Part shown: in pieces, positions 23,783-32,000 of the stretch
Position numbering within the stretch: position 1 is the stretch's first letter
Layout of the letters: each line of letters opens with the position of its first letter
Assembly: GCF_016127575.1 (NCBI RefSeq)
Contig: NZ_CP066019.1
Span: 1,230,001-1,262,000, forward strand
Reading direction: 5' to 3'
DNA length: 32,000 nt
Source: Cupriavidus necator
Lineage (GTDB): Bacteria > Pseudomonadota > Gammaproteobacteria > Burkholderiales > Burkholderiaceae
Program-made: the position numbers and the translations under genes
The notes under the pieces: model-generated
What the model saw: the letters and a program-made list of their open reading frames with translations, nothing else
The model's database searches: none
What the model was told of the DNA's origin: nothing

Positions 23783-24547
23783 ATGACATCTTCCAATATC
23801 GATCGGGTCGCGCAGGCCCTGCTCAGCGCGCGTAGCGAACAGGGCTGCGCCGATGCAGAGCAATTCGCCACCGTGCTTGAGAATGCGGAACAGGCCTACG
23901 CCGTTCAGTCGGCCGTGGCCCACGCGCTTGGCTGGCAAGCGACAGGCGCCGGCTACTGGAAATCCGGCGGCGCCTCGCGCGAGGCGGTGCTGACGCATGC
24001 CCAACTGCCGCCGGCCGGGGTCTGGACCAGCCCCGCGCATGCCGGCGACTGGCCTTTCACATGGCGCGGCATCGAGGCAGAGATTGCGTTGCGGCTGGGG
24101 CAGGGCGTTGACGCCGCGCAGGCTGCCGCCCTCGACTACGCCGGCGCGGCCGGGCTGATCGATGTGATGGCGGTGTCGATTGAAGTCGTCGATTCGCGCT
24201 GGCGGCAGTACCTCGCCGCGCCCGCGCTGCTGAAGCTGGCCGACCTGCAGTCCCACGGCGCACTGGTGCTTGGCCAGTGGCGTGACTATGCGGCGCGGGA
24301 CTGGGCGGCACAGCATTGCCGGGTGCGGATCGGCACGCAAACCATCGAGCGCCGCGGCACCCACGCGCTGGGCGATCCGGCCTTTGGGCTGGCCGCCTGG
24401 CTGCGCCACGCCACGCGCGACGGGCGACGCGTAGAGGCCGGCACGGTCGTCACCACCGGCACCTGGGTCGGCATCCTGGACGCATCGGCAGGCGACCTGG
24501 TGACCGCGGAGTTCGATGGCATCGGCGAGGCCTCGGTCCAGCTCTGA
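23783..24547 (+). CDS. 2-keto-4-pentenoate hydratase-like (MhpD/HpcG, FAH-fold) hydratase/decarboxylase
   Basis: Internal Met of track ORF 23360..24547. It has family-like motifs IEAEIALRL, IEVVDSRW, LGDP..AWL and AGTVVTTGTW. Confidence 0.7.
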   Translation: MTSSNIDRVAQALLSARSEQGCADAEQFATVLENAEQAYAVQSAVAHALGWQATGAGYWKSGGASREAVLTHAQLPPAGVWTSPAHAGDWPFTWRGIEAEIALRLGQGVDAAQAAALDYAGAAGLIDVMAVSIEVVDSRWRQYLAAPALLKLADLQSHGALVLGQWRDYAARDWAAQHCRVRIGTQTIERRGTHALGDPAFGLAAWLRHATRDGRRVEAGTVVTTGTWVGILDASAGDLVTAEFDGIGEASVQL

Positions 24548-24572
24548 GGACGGCGTTGCCCTTGACGGGGCG

Positions 24573-24722
24573 TCAGCTGCGCAAGCCGACGCCCTGCATG
24601 ATGATCCGCAGCACCCACGCGGCCATGCCCAGTGCCGCCACGCTGGCGGCCCAGATCAGCACCAGCCAGCCGATGCGGCGCAGCCAGGTGCCGGTCCCCG
24701 GGCGCTGTGTATCCATATCCAT
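24573..24722 (-). CDS. DUF2474-like membrane micropeptide associated with cytochrome bd oxidase (49 aa)
   Basis: Internal Met MDMDTQRPG of track ORF 24573..24776. Its start overlaps the cydB stop by 1 nt (TGATG). TM segment WLRRIGWLVLIWAASVAALGMAAWVL. Confidence 0.65.
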   Translation of the reverse strand: MDMDTQRPGTGTWLRRIGWLVLIWAASVAALGMAAWVLRIIMQGVGLRS

Positions 24723-25729
24723 CAGTGATAGCCCTCGCCGTGGCGCACCTTGCCGCGGAACACGTAGTACGCCCACACCGTGTACATCAGGATGAAGGGG
24801 ATGATGAACAGCGCCCCAACCAGCGCAAAGCCCTGGCTTTGCGGCGGCGCGGCGGCGTCCCAGATCGAGATTCCCGGCGGGATGATATTGGGCCAGACGC
24901 TGATGGCCAGCCCGCTGTAGCCCAGGAACACCAGCCCCAGCGCGTACATGAACGGCGAGATATCCGGCTCATGCCGCAGCACGCGCATCAGCATGAACAT
25001 GCACAGCGCCACCAGGATCGGCACCGGCGAGAACCAGAACAGGTTGGGCAGGCTGAACCAGCGCTCGGCAATCTCGGGATGCGTCAGCGGCGTCCACAGG
25101 CTGATCACCGCGATCACCGCCAGCAGCAGCCACGCCAGCGAGCCGGTCAGCCTGATCATGCGCTGTTGCAAGGCGCCCTCGGTCTTCATGATCAGCCAGG
25201 TGCTGCCCAGCACCGTGTAGGCCACCATCAGCCCCACGCCGCAGAACAGCGGGAAGGGCGTGAGCCAGTCCAGCGGCCCGCCGGCAAAGCGGTGGCCCTC
25301 CAGCTTGATGCCGTCGATATAGGCGCCCAGCGCCACGCCCTGGAAGAAACTGGCCGTGCCCGAGCCCAGGATGAAGGCGGCGTCCCACACCGGGCGCTCG
25401 CGGTCGTTGGCCTTGAAGCGGAACTCGAACGCCACGCCGCGGAAGATCAGGCCCAGCAGCATCAGCATCAGCGGCAGGTAGAGCGCGCTCAGCACCACTG
25501 AATACGCCAGCGGGAACGCCGCCAGCAGTCCGGCGCCGCCCAGCACCAGCCAGGTCTCGTTGCCGTCCCAGACCGGTGCCACCGTGTTCATCATCACGTC
25601 GCGGTCATGCCGGTCCGGCACGAACGGATAGAGCATGCCGATGCCCAGGTCGAAGCCGTCCATCACCACGTACATCATCACGCCGAAGAAGATGATGAAG
25701 ATCCAGAGAAGCGAGAGGTCGATGCCCAT
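24722..25729 (-). CDS. cydB: Cytochrome bd ubiquinol oxidase subunit II
   Basis: Starts MGIDLSLLWIFIIFFGVMMYVVMDGFDLGIG, 4 nt after the cydA stop. Length is about 335 aa. Confidence 0.9.
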   Translation of the reverse strand: MGIDLSLLWIFIIFFGVMMYVVMDGFDLGIGMLYPFVPDRHDRDVMMNTVAPVWDGNETWLVLGGAGLLAAFPLAYSVVLSALYLPLMLMLLGLIFRGVAFEFRFKANDRERPVWDAAFILGSGTASFFQGVALGAYIDGIKLEGHRFAGGPLDWLTPFPLFCGVGLMVAYTVLGSTWLIMKTEGALQQRMIRLTGSLAWLLLAVIAVISLWTPLTHPEIAERWFSLPNLFWFSPVPILVALCMFMLMRVLRHEPDISPFMYALGLVFLGYSGLAISVWPNIIPPGISIWDAAAPPQSQGFALVGALFIIPFILMYTVWAYYVFRGKVRHGEGYH

Positions 25730-25733
25730 GGTG

Positions 25734-27167
25734 TCAGCTCCGGGTGCGTGCAGTGGTGGCGGGGGCGAGCGCTTCGTCGTCATCCACGGCCGACAATGGC
25801 CGTGCCGGCGTATGCCCGCGTCCGGGGCCGCCTTCCGGTTTGGCTTCTTCCAGCGCCGGACCCTTGCGCACCAGCCGCATCATGTAGGCGATGCCGACGC
25901 CGAACACGAAGAGGTAGGCCACCACGAAGATCGCCAGCGTCGTTGCCAGTTCGGGCACGCCGTGCGGCGACACCGCGTCGGCGGTGCGCTGCAGCCCGTA
26001 GACTACCCACGGCTGGCGTCCGACCTCGGTGGTGAACCAGCCGGCCAGGATGGCGATCAGGCCGGTGGGCCCCATCCACAACGCCATATGCAGGAAGCCG
26101 CGCGAGCGGTACATGCGCTCGCCCCGGCGCAGCAGCAGGCTCCACACGCCCAACAGGATCATCAGCAGCCCCAGCCCCACCATCACGCGGAACGACCAGA
26201 ACAGAATGGTGGAATTGGGCCGGTCCTGCGGCGCGAACTCCTTCAGGCCCTTGATCTGTCCGTCCCAGGAATGGGTCAGGATCAGGCTGCCCAGGCGCGG
26301 CACCTCGACCGCGAAGCGCGTCTCTTCGCGCGCCATGTCGGGCCAGCCGAACAGCAGCAGCGGCAGGCCTTCATTGCCTTTGTTCTCCCAGTGGCCTTCC
26401 AGCGCGGCGATCTTGGCGGGCTGGTGCTTGAGCGTGTTCAGGCCGTGCATGTCGCCGATCACGGCCTGGATCGGCGCGACGATCAGCAGCATCCACATCG
26501 CCATCGACAGCATCTTGCGGATGGCGGGGTTGTCGCGCCCGCGCAGCAGGTGCCAGGCGGCGGACGCGCCGACGAACAGCGCGGTGGCCAGGAATGCCGC
26601 CACGCTCATATGCACCAGGCGGTAGGGAAACGACGGGTTGAAGATGACTTCGAACCAGTTGGTCGGCACTACGCGGCCGTTGATGATCTCGAAGCCCGCC
26701 GGCGTCTGCATCCAGCTGTTGGAGGCCAGGATCCAGGTGGCGGAGATCAGCGTGCCGAGCGCCACCATCACCGTGGCAAAGAAATGCAGCCCCGGCCCGA
26801 CGCGGTTCCAGCCGAACAGCATCACGCCCAGGAAGCCCGCTTCCAGGAAGAAGGCGGTCAGCACCTCATAGGTCAGCAGCGGCCCGGTGATGCTGCCCGC
26901 GAACTCCGAGAAGAAGCTCCAGTTGGTGCCGAACTGATAGGCCATCACCAGCCCGGACACCACCCCCATGCCGAAATTGACGGCAAAGATCTTGGACCAG
27001 AAGTGGTAGAGGTCTCGGTAATGCGGGCGCTGCGTGCGCAGCCAGCAGCCTTCCAGCACCGCCAGGTAGGCGGCCAGGCCAATGGTGATCGCCGGAAAAA
27101 TGATGTGGAAGGAAATCGTGAACGCAAACTGCGTGCGGGCGAGGTCTAGCGCGGTCAAACCAAACAT
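25734..27167 (-). CDS. cydA: Cytochrome bd ubiquinol oxidase subunit I (short Q-loop, CioA-like length)
   Basis: Starts MFGLTALDLARTQFAFTISFH after GGAGA. It has the hallmark GWFTTEVGRQPWVVYG. At about 477 aa it falls in the short-Q-loop class. Confidence 0.9.
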   Translation of the reverse strand: MFGLTALDLARTQFAFTISFHIIFPAITIGLAAYLAVLEGCWLRTQRPHYRDLYHFWSKIFAVNFGMGVVSGLVMAYQFGTNWSFFSEFAGSITGPLLTYEVLTAFFLEAGFLGVMLFGWNRVGPGLHFFATVMVALGTLISATWILASNSWMQTPAGFEIINGRVVPTNWFEVIFNPSFPYRLVHMSVAAFLATALFVGASAAWHLLRGRDNPAIRKMLSMAMWMLLIVAPIQAVIGDMHGLNTLKHQPAKIAALEGHWENKGNEGLPLLLFGWPDMAREETRFAVEVPRLGSLILTHSWDGQIKGLKEFAPQDRPNSTILFWSFRVMVGLGLLMILLGVWSLLLRRGERMYRSRGFLHMALWMGPTGLIAILAGWFTTEVGRQPWVVYGLQRTADAVSPHGVPELATTLAIFVVAYLFVFGVGIAYMMRLVRKGPALEEAKPEGGPGRGHTPARPLSAVDDDEALAPATTARTRS

Positions 27168-27591
27168 TGTTGTTCTCCGTGGCGCTGGCCTGGCGCACGC
27201 CTGGGACGGGCGCGGCGCTGCCGTCTGGCAGGCCGGGGCTGGTCGGCAGGGAGCGCCGGGGCGCGGGCCGTAGGCGCGTGCGGTAAGAGTAGTGTACGCC
27301 GCGCGCGCAGCAAAGGGCACCGTTGCTGCCGGTGGCGTACGGGTGACATATCGCCGCACCCCGTGCCGCCGGCGCCGCTTCACGCGGCCCGTTGCCCTTG
27401 TCGATGGCGACCATGCTAACGGAGCCGAAATGAACCGAACAGCATCACCTCATTGAAAAAATACCGTATCAGTTTTGCGCGGCGCAGCAGAGGCAGCGGC
27501 TGACAAGCAAGGCAAAGAAGTGCATAGTCATGCGCTTCCCAGAAGCCTTTGAACATCGCGTCCGCCACTGCCTGACGCGGCCCCGCTTGCC

Positions 27592-28347
27592 ATGGATTCC
27601 ACCTTGCTGATCGTGATCGCCGGCGCCGCCGTGGCCGGCTTTGTCCAGGGGCTGTCGGGCTTTGCCTTCGGCATGGTGGCGATGTCGTTCTGGGCCTGGG
27701 CGATCGAGCCGCAGCTGGCGTCGGCCATGACCGTGTTCGGCGCGCTTACCGGCCAGCTGCTGGCGGCGGTGTCGGTGCGGCGCGGGCTGTCGTGGCGGAG
27801 GCTGTGGCCGTTCGTGGCCGGCGGCGTGGCCGGCATCCCCCTGGGCGTGGCGATCCTGCCGATGCTCGACGCACAGTGGTTCAAGGTCGTGCTCGGCGGC
27901 TTTCTGACCCTGTGGTGCCCGGTGATGCTGATGGTGCGCAAGTTGCCCCATATCGGCGTGGGCGGGCGCGTGGCCGATGGCGTTGCCGGTGCGGCCGGCG
28001 GCGTGATGGGCGGCATCGGTGGTTTTACCGGCGTGGTCCCCACGCTGTGGTGCACGCTGCGCGGCTTCGACAAGGACGAACAGCGCGCGGTGATCCAGAA
28101 CTTCAACCTCGCCACGCTGGCCATGACCATGGCCGCGTATGTGGGCAAGGGCATCGTCACGCGCGAGATGCTGCCGATGTTCCTGGTGGTGGCGCCCGCG
28201 ATGCTGGTGCCAACGCTGCTGGGCACGCGGCTCTATCTGGGGATCAGCGAGGCCACCTTCCGCAAGGTCGTGCTGACGTTGCTGACCGTATCCGGCGTGG
28301 CGCTGCTGGCCACGTCGGCGCCGGTGTTGATGGCGCGTGCGGGCTAG
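27592..28347 (+). CDS. TauE/SafE (DUF81) family anion exporter/permease
   Basis: Polytopic membrane protein with Gly-rich motifs GFVQGLSGFAFG and GGVMGGIGGFTG. Confidence 0.8.
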   Translation: MDSTLLIVIAGAAVAGFVQGLSGFAFGMVAMSFWAWAIEPQLASAMTVFGALTGQLLAAVSVRRGLSWRRLWPFVAGGVAGIPLGVAILPMLDAQWFKVVLGGFLTLWCPVMLMVRKLPHIGVGGRVADGVAGAAGGVMGGIGGFTGVVPTLWCTLRGFDKDEQRAVIQNFNLATLAMTMAAYVGKGIVTREMLPMFLVVAPAMLVPTLLGTRLYLGISEATFRKVVLTLLTVSGVALLATSAPVLMARAG

Positions 28348-28580
28348 ACGGCCCTGACCTGCGCCGCAGCCTCGCGCAGGCATTCCACCAGCTGGTCGGT
28401 GCCGAGCGACGGCGCCCGTTCGCGCAGCGTGATGATGCCGACCGGGGGCAGGTCGACCGGCACGGCCATCTTCAGCACGTGCAACCGGCCTTCCTCCTGC
28501 AACGACAGCGCCACCGACTCAGCCATGAAACCGGCCGCGCCGCGCTGGCCGACGAAGGTGGCCTGCGCCAGGTAGGACGA
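28344..28580 (-). pseudogene. 3' remnant of a LysR-family regulator (C-terminal ~78 codons only)
   Basis: The reverse frame reads [37 protein letters not shown]...AAQVRAV*, typical of a LysR effector-domain C-terminus. No wHTH or N-terminal part exists upstream, and an in-frame stop lies at 28590..28592. Confidence 0.7.
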
Positions 28581-28582
28581 GC

Positions 28583-29755
28583 AAGCCCCTCAAAGAGGCA
28601 CGCGGCGAGGTACAGTACGGCGCGTCCTATGTCGAGTGGTTTGCCGAAGAGGCCACCCGCATCTGCGGCGATATCGTCGCCGAAGCCGAGCCTGGCCGCA
28701 AACTGCTGGTGCTGAAGGAGCCGGTGGGCGTGGTCGCGGCAATCACGCCGTGGAACTTCCCGCTGGCGATGATTGCCCGCAAGATCGCCCCCGCGCTGGC
28801 CGCCGGTTGCACGGTGGTGGCCAAGCCCGCCGAGGACACCCCGCTGACCGCGCTGGCGCTGGTATGGCTGGCGCAGCAGGCCGGCATGCCCGCGGGCGTG
28901 CTCAACATCGTCACCGCATCGCGCGAGCACACGCCGGGCATGGTCGATGCCTGGCTGGCCGACAGCCGCGTGCGCAAGATCACCTTTACCGGTTCCACGC
29001 CCGTGGGCAAGCACCTCGCGCGCGAATCGGCGGCCACGCTGAAGAAGCTGTCGCTGGAGCTGGGCGGCAACGCGCCCTTCATCGTCTTCGAGGACGCCGA
29101 TCTCGATGCCGCCGTCGATGGCCTGATGGCGTTCAAGTTCCGCAACGGCGGCCAGACCTGCGTGTGCCCGAACCGGGTCTATGTGCACGACACCGTGCAC
29201 GACGCCTTTGTCGAGTGCCTGGCACAGCGCGTTGGCGCGCTCCACGTCGGCCCCGCCACGGAAGAGGCCGCGCAGATCGGTCCCATGATCAATGCCCGCG
29301 CCGTCCTCAAGATCGCACGCCATGTGGAAGACGCCGTCGCCCGGGGCGCGCGCGTGGTCACCGGCGGCAAGCGCGTGCGCACCGCCGACGGCCCGCACTA
29401 CTACGCACCGACGGTGCTGGCCGATGCGGCCCCCGCGATGGAGCTGTCGTGCGAAGAGACCTTCGGCCCGGTCGCGCCGATCTTTCGTTTCCGCGATGAA
29501 GCCGAGGTGATCCGCGACGCCAACGACACCCCGTTCGGCCTCGCTGCTTACTTCTACTCCAGCGACATCCGCCGCATCTGGCGCGTGGCGCAGGCGCTGG
29601 AGACCGGCATGGTCGGCATCAACGAGGGCGCGATCGCGGCCGAGGCGGCGCCGTTCGGCGGCGTCAAGGAATCCGGCTACGGGCGCGAAGGCTCGCGCCA
29701 CGGGCTGGACGACTACATGCATACCAAGTACCTTTGCCAGGGTCAGCTCGGCTGA
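28583..29755 (+). pseudogene. gabD: 5'-truncated succinate-semialdehyde (NAD(P)+) dehydrogenase gene, missing roughly the first 85 codons
   Basis: The in-frame translation from 28583, [27 protein letters not shown]...ITPWNFP...[11 protein letters not shown]...GQTCVCPNR...EETFGP, is collinear with GabD starting near its GKPL..A.GE segment. No upstream N-terminal coding sequence is present. Only an internal GTG (28709) could start translation. Confidence 0.7.
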
Positions 29756-29792
29756 AGCGCCGGGCCCATCGATCATCGAACCGGAACACACC

Positions 29793-30602
29793 ATGCCCGC
29801 AAACAATCCCTTCAAGACTGCGCTGGCCGCCCGCCAGGCGCAGATCGGCCTGTGGCTGTCGATGGCAACGCCATACCTGGCCGAAGTGTCCGCCACCGCA
29901 GGCTTTGACTGGCTGCTGATCGACGGCGAACACGCCCCCAACGACCTGCGCTCGACGCTGCACGCGCTGCAGGCGGTGGCGCCATACCCGGTCCAGCCCG
30001 TGGTGCGTGCCGTCGCCGGTGAAGTGCCGCTGATCAAGCAGTTGCTCGACATCGGCGTGCGCAGCCTGCTCGTGCCGATGGTGGATACCGCGGAACAGGC
30101 GCGCATGGTGGTCAGCGCTACGCGCTACCCCCCGCAAGGCATCCGCGGCGTGGGCAGCGCGATTGCGCGCGCCTCGCAGTGGAGCGCCCGCACCGACTAC
30201 CTCGATGTGGCCGACGATGAAGTCTGCCTGCTGGTGCAGGCCGAAACCGTCACCGCATTGCAGAACCTGGAAGCAATCTGCGCGGTGGATGGTATCGACG
30301 GCGTCTTTATCGGCCCGGCCGACCTGGCTGCGTCGATGGGCCACCGCGGCCGCCCCGGTCACCCGGAGGTGCAGGCCGCCATCGAAGGCGCGATGCGCAC
30401 CATCATTGCCAGCGGCAAGGCCGCCGGCACGCTGACGTCGGACCCGGCACTGGCACGCCGCTACCTGGACCTGGGCTGCACCTTCGTGGCCACGGGCGTG
30501 GACGTGATGCTGTATGCCAACGCCGCGCGCAAGCTTGCCGCATCGTTCCGCGAGCAGCCCTCTGACGCTCCCGCCGCAGACAAGCCTTCCGCCGCGTACT
30601 GA
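29793..30602 (+). CDS. HpcH/HpaI-family 2-keto-3-deoxy-acid aldolase
   Basis: Motifs [43 protein letters not shown] and [15 protein letters not shown]. Confidence 0.85.
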   Translation: MPANNPFKTALAARQAQIGLWLSMATPYLAEVSATAGFDWLLIDGEHAPNDLRSTLHALQAVAPYPVQPVVRAVAGEVPLIKQLLDIGVRSLLVPMVDTAEQARMVVSATRYPPQGIRGVGSAIARASQWSARTDYLDVADDEVCLLVQAETVTALQNLEAICAVDGIDGVFIGPADLAASMGHRGRPGHPEVQAAIEGAMRTIIASGKAAGTLTSDPALARRYLDLGCTFVATGVDVMLYANAARKLAASFREQPSDAPAADKPSAAY

Positions 30603-30627
30603 CCCGTATCTCCTTCGCCTTACACCC

Positions 30628-32000
30628 ATGCCAGCCGAAACCCCGACCCCAGACACCACCTTGCGCGCGATGCAGGCCATCGTTGGTGCAAGCGCCTGCC
30701 GCAGCGGCGACGCCGACACGCAGGCCTACGTCACCGACTACCGCGGCATCTACCGCGGCCAGGCCCAGGTAGTGGTGCTGCCGTCATCGACGGAAGAGGT
30801 CAGCCAGGTGCTGCAGTGGTGCCATGCCCGGCGTGTGCCGGTGGTGCCGCAGGGCGGCAATACCTCGCTGATGGGCGGCGCCGTGCCGGACGACAGCGGC
30901 ACCGCCGTGGTCGTCAACCTCAGCCGCATGAACCGCGTGCTGGACCTCGACACCATCAACGACACCATGACCGTGCAGTCCGGCGTCACGCTGAGCGCGG
31001 CGCGCAGCGCCGCCGAGGCCTGGCAACGCCTGTTCCCGCTGCGCATCGGCTCCGAAGGCTCATGCCAGATCGGCGGCAACCTGTCGACCAATGCCGGCGG
31101 CACCGCGGTGCTGCGCTACGGCAATATGCGCGACCTCGTGCTCGGCATCGAGGTGGTGCTGCCCGATGGCCGCATCTACTCATCGCTGCGCGGCCTGCGC
31201 AAGGACAACACCGGCTACGACCTCAAGCAGCTGTTCGTCGGCGCGGAAGGTACGCTCGGCATCATCACCGGCGCCGTGCTCAAGCTGATGCCGCAGCCGC
31301 GCAGCAGCGCCGTGGCCTTTGTCGCCGTACAGGACCCCGCCGCGGCCGTGGCCTTGCTGGGTGAAGCCAAGCGCCTGTCCGGCCAGGCCGTGACCGCGTT
31401 CGAGCTGATCTCGCGGCCCGCGCTGGAACTGGTGCTTGAATATCTTGGCAACGTGGCTTCGCCGCTGCAGGACAAGCACGAGTGGATGGTGCTGATCGAA
31501 CTCACCTCCGGGACCGATGCGGAAAGCCTCAACGCCACGCTGATGGAAATCCTCGAATCCGGCTTCAGCCAGGGCCTGGTGCAGGACGCCGCAGTGGCCG
31601 CCAGCCTGTCCGACGCCCAGACTTTCTGGCGCATCCGCGAAGAGATCTCCGACGCCCAGACCCGCACCGGCGGCAGCATCAAGTGCGATGTCTCGGTGCC
31701 GCTGTCGCGCATCGCTACGTTTGTGGAGGAAGCCTCGGCCAGGGTGCTGGAGCTGGTGCCGGACGCGCGCATGGTGATCTACGGCCATATGGGCGACGGC
31801 AATGTGCACTTCAACCCGCTGCGACCCAGGGATCAGCCAGGAAAAGAGTTCCTGGCGCAGTGGTATGAGCGGGTCTCGGCACTGGTCGACGGCATGGCCC
31901 ATGCGGAAAACGGCTCGATCTCGGCCGAGCACGGCATCGGCGTGGCCAAGCGCGACGACCTGACGCGCTACAAGTCCCAGGTGGAACTGGAGCTGATGTG
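30628..32000 (+). CDS. FAD-linked oxidase (GlcD / D-2-hydroxyacid dehydrogenase-like), 3' end beyond the window
   Basis: Not in the track because there is no stop in the window. The frame is open from the ATG at 30628 to the window end. Motifs VVPQGGNTSLMGGAVP, NAGGTAVLRYGNMRDLVLG, KDNTGYDL, GAEGTLGIIT and SAEHGIG. Confidence 0.85.
   Translation, partial: MPAETPTPDTTLRAMQAIVGASACRSGDADTQAYVTDYRGIYRGQAQVVVLPSSTEEVSQVLQWCHARRVPVVPQGGNTSLMGGAVPDDSGTAVVVNLSRMNRVLDLDTINDTMTVQSGVTLSAARSAAEAWQRLFPLRIGSEGSCQIGGNLSTNAGGTAVLRYGNMRDLVLGIEVVLPDGRIYSSLRGLRKDNTGYDLKQLFVGAEGTLGIITGAVLKLMPQPRSSAVAFVAVQDPAAAVALLGEAKRLSGQAVTAFELISRPALELVLEYLGNVASPLQDKHEWMVLIELTSGTDAESLNATLMEILESGFSQGLVQDAAVAASLSDAQTFWRIREEISDAQTRTGGSIKCDVSVPLSRIATFVEEASARVLELVPDARMVIYGHMGDGNVHFNPLRPRDQPGKEFLAQWYERVSALVDGMAHAENGSISAEHGIGVAKRDDLTRYKSQVELELM

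Noticed and set aside
27168-27591. FNR/ANR-type box (TTGAT-N4-ATCAA) or a small gene in the long cydA-TauE intergenic region.
   Set aside because: I found no convincing match by eye. ORFs there (for example 27155..27349 and 27082..27273) are Arg/Ala-rich with no SD. This needs a computational motif scan.
1-32000. Mobile elements, integrases, CRISPR arrays, rRNA or tRNA genes, and prophage or toxin-antitoxin modules.
   Set aside because: I found no transposase, integrase or Cas-like ORFs. There are no terminal inverted repeats flanking the duplicated module and no regularly spaced short direct repeats. The only tandem repeat is the in-frame coding one.

Overview
This is a visibly GC-rich window whose gene content looks Burkholderiaceae-like (Cupriavidus/Ralstonia style); that is my inference, not a search result. 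It is an accessory-type region packed with hydrolases, transporters and one-component regulators. I saw no rRNA, tRNA, CRISPR array, transposase or integrase.

Gene order, left to right:
- Small orphan ORFs, an AGE-family epimerase and two alpha/beta hydrolases (1-5139).
- A tandemly duplicated three-gene module (about 5263-6750 and 6907-8581). Each copy encodes a Sec-secreted DPYTDGAR-repeat protein, a conserved 33-aa membrane micro-ORF that is absent from the ORF track, and a TetR repressor. Each copy sits behind a near-consensus promoter with related palindromic operators and a conserved leader of roughly 190 nt.
- A translationally coupled HAD phosphatase / M14 peptidase / alpha/beta hydrolase operon with an upstream LysR regulator (8567-12065).
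- A Tat-exported phospholipase C, a small lipoprotein and a phosphodiesterase-LamG fusion lipoprotein (12214-16792).
- A GntR divergon driving aminotransferase, MFS, amidase, MFS and hydratase genes (16969-24547).
- A short-Q-loop cytochrome bd (CioAB-like) oxidase with a DUF2474-like micropeptide (24573-27167).
- A TauE/SafE permease.
- A sharp deletion scar that joins the 3' remnant of a LysR gene to a 5'-truncated gabD-like gene (junction about 28580-28583).
- An HpcH/HpaI aldolase and a partial FAD-linked oxidase.

The duplicated TetR-gated repeat-protein/micropeptide module is the best candidate for an undescribed system. Many long ORFs in the track are antisense shadows of real genes, as expected in GC-rich DNA.
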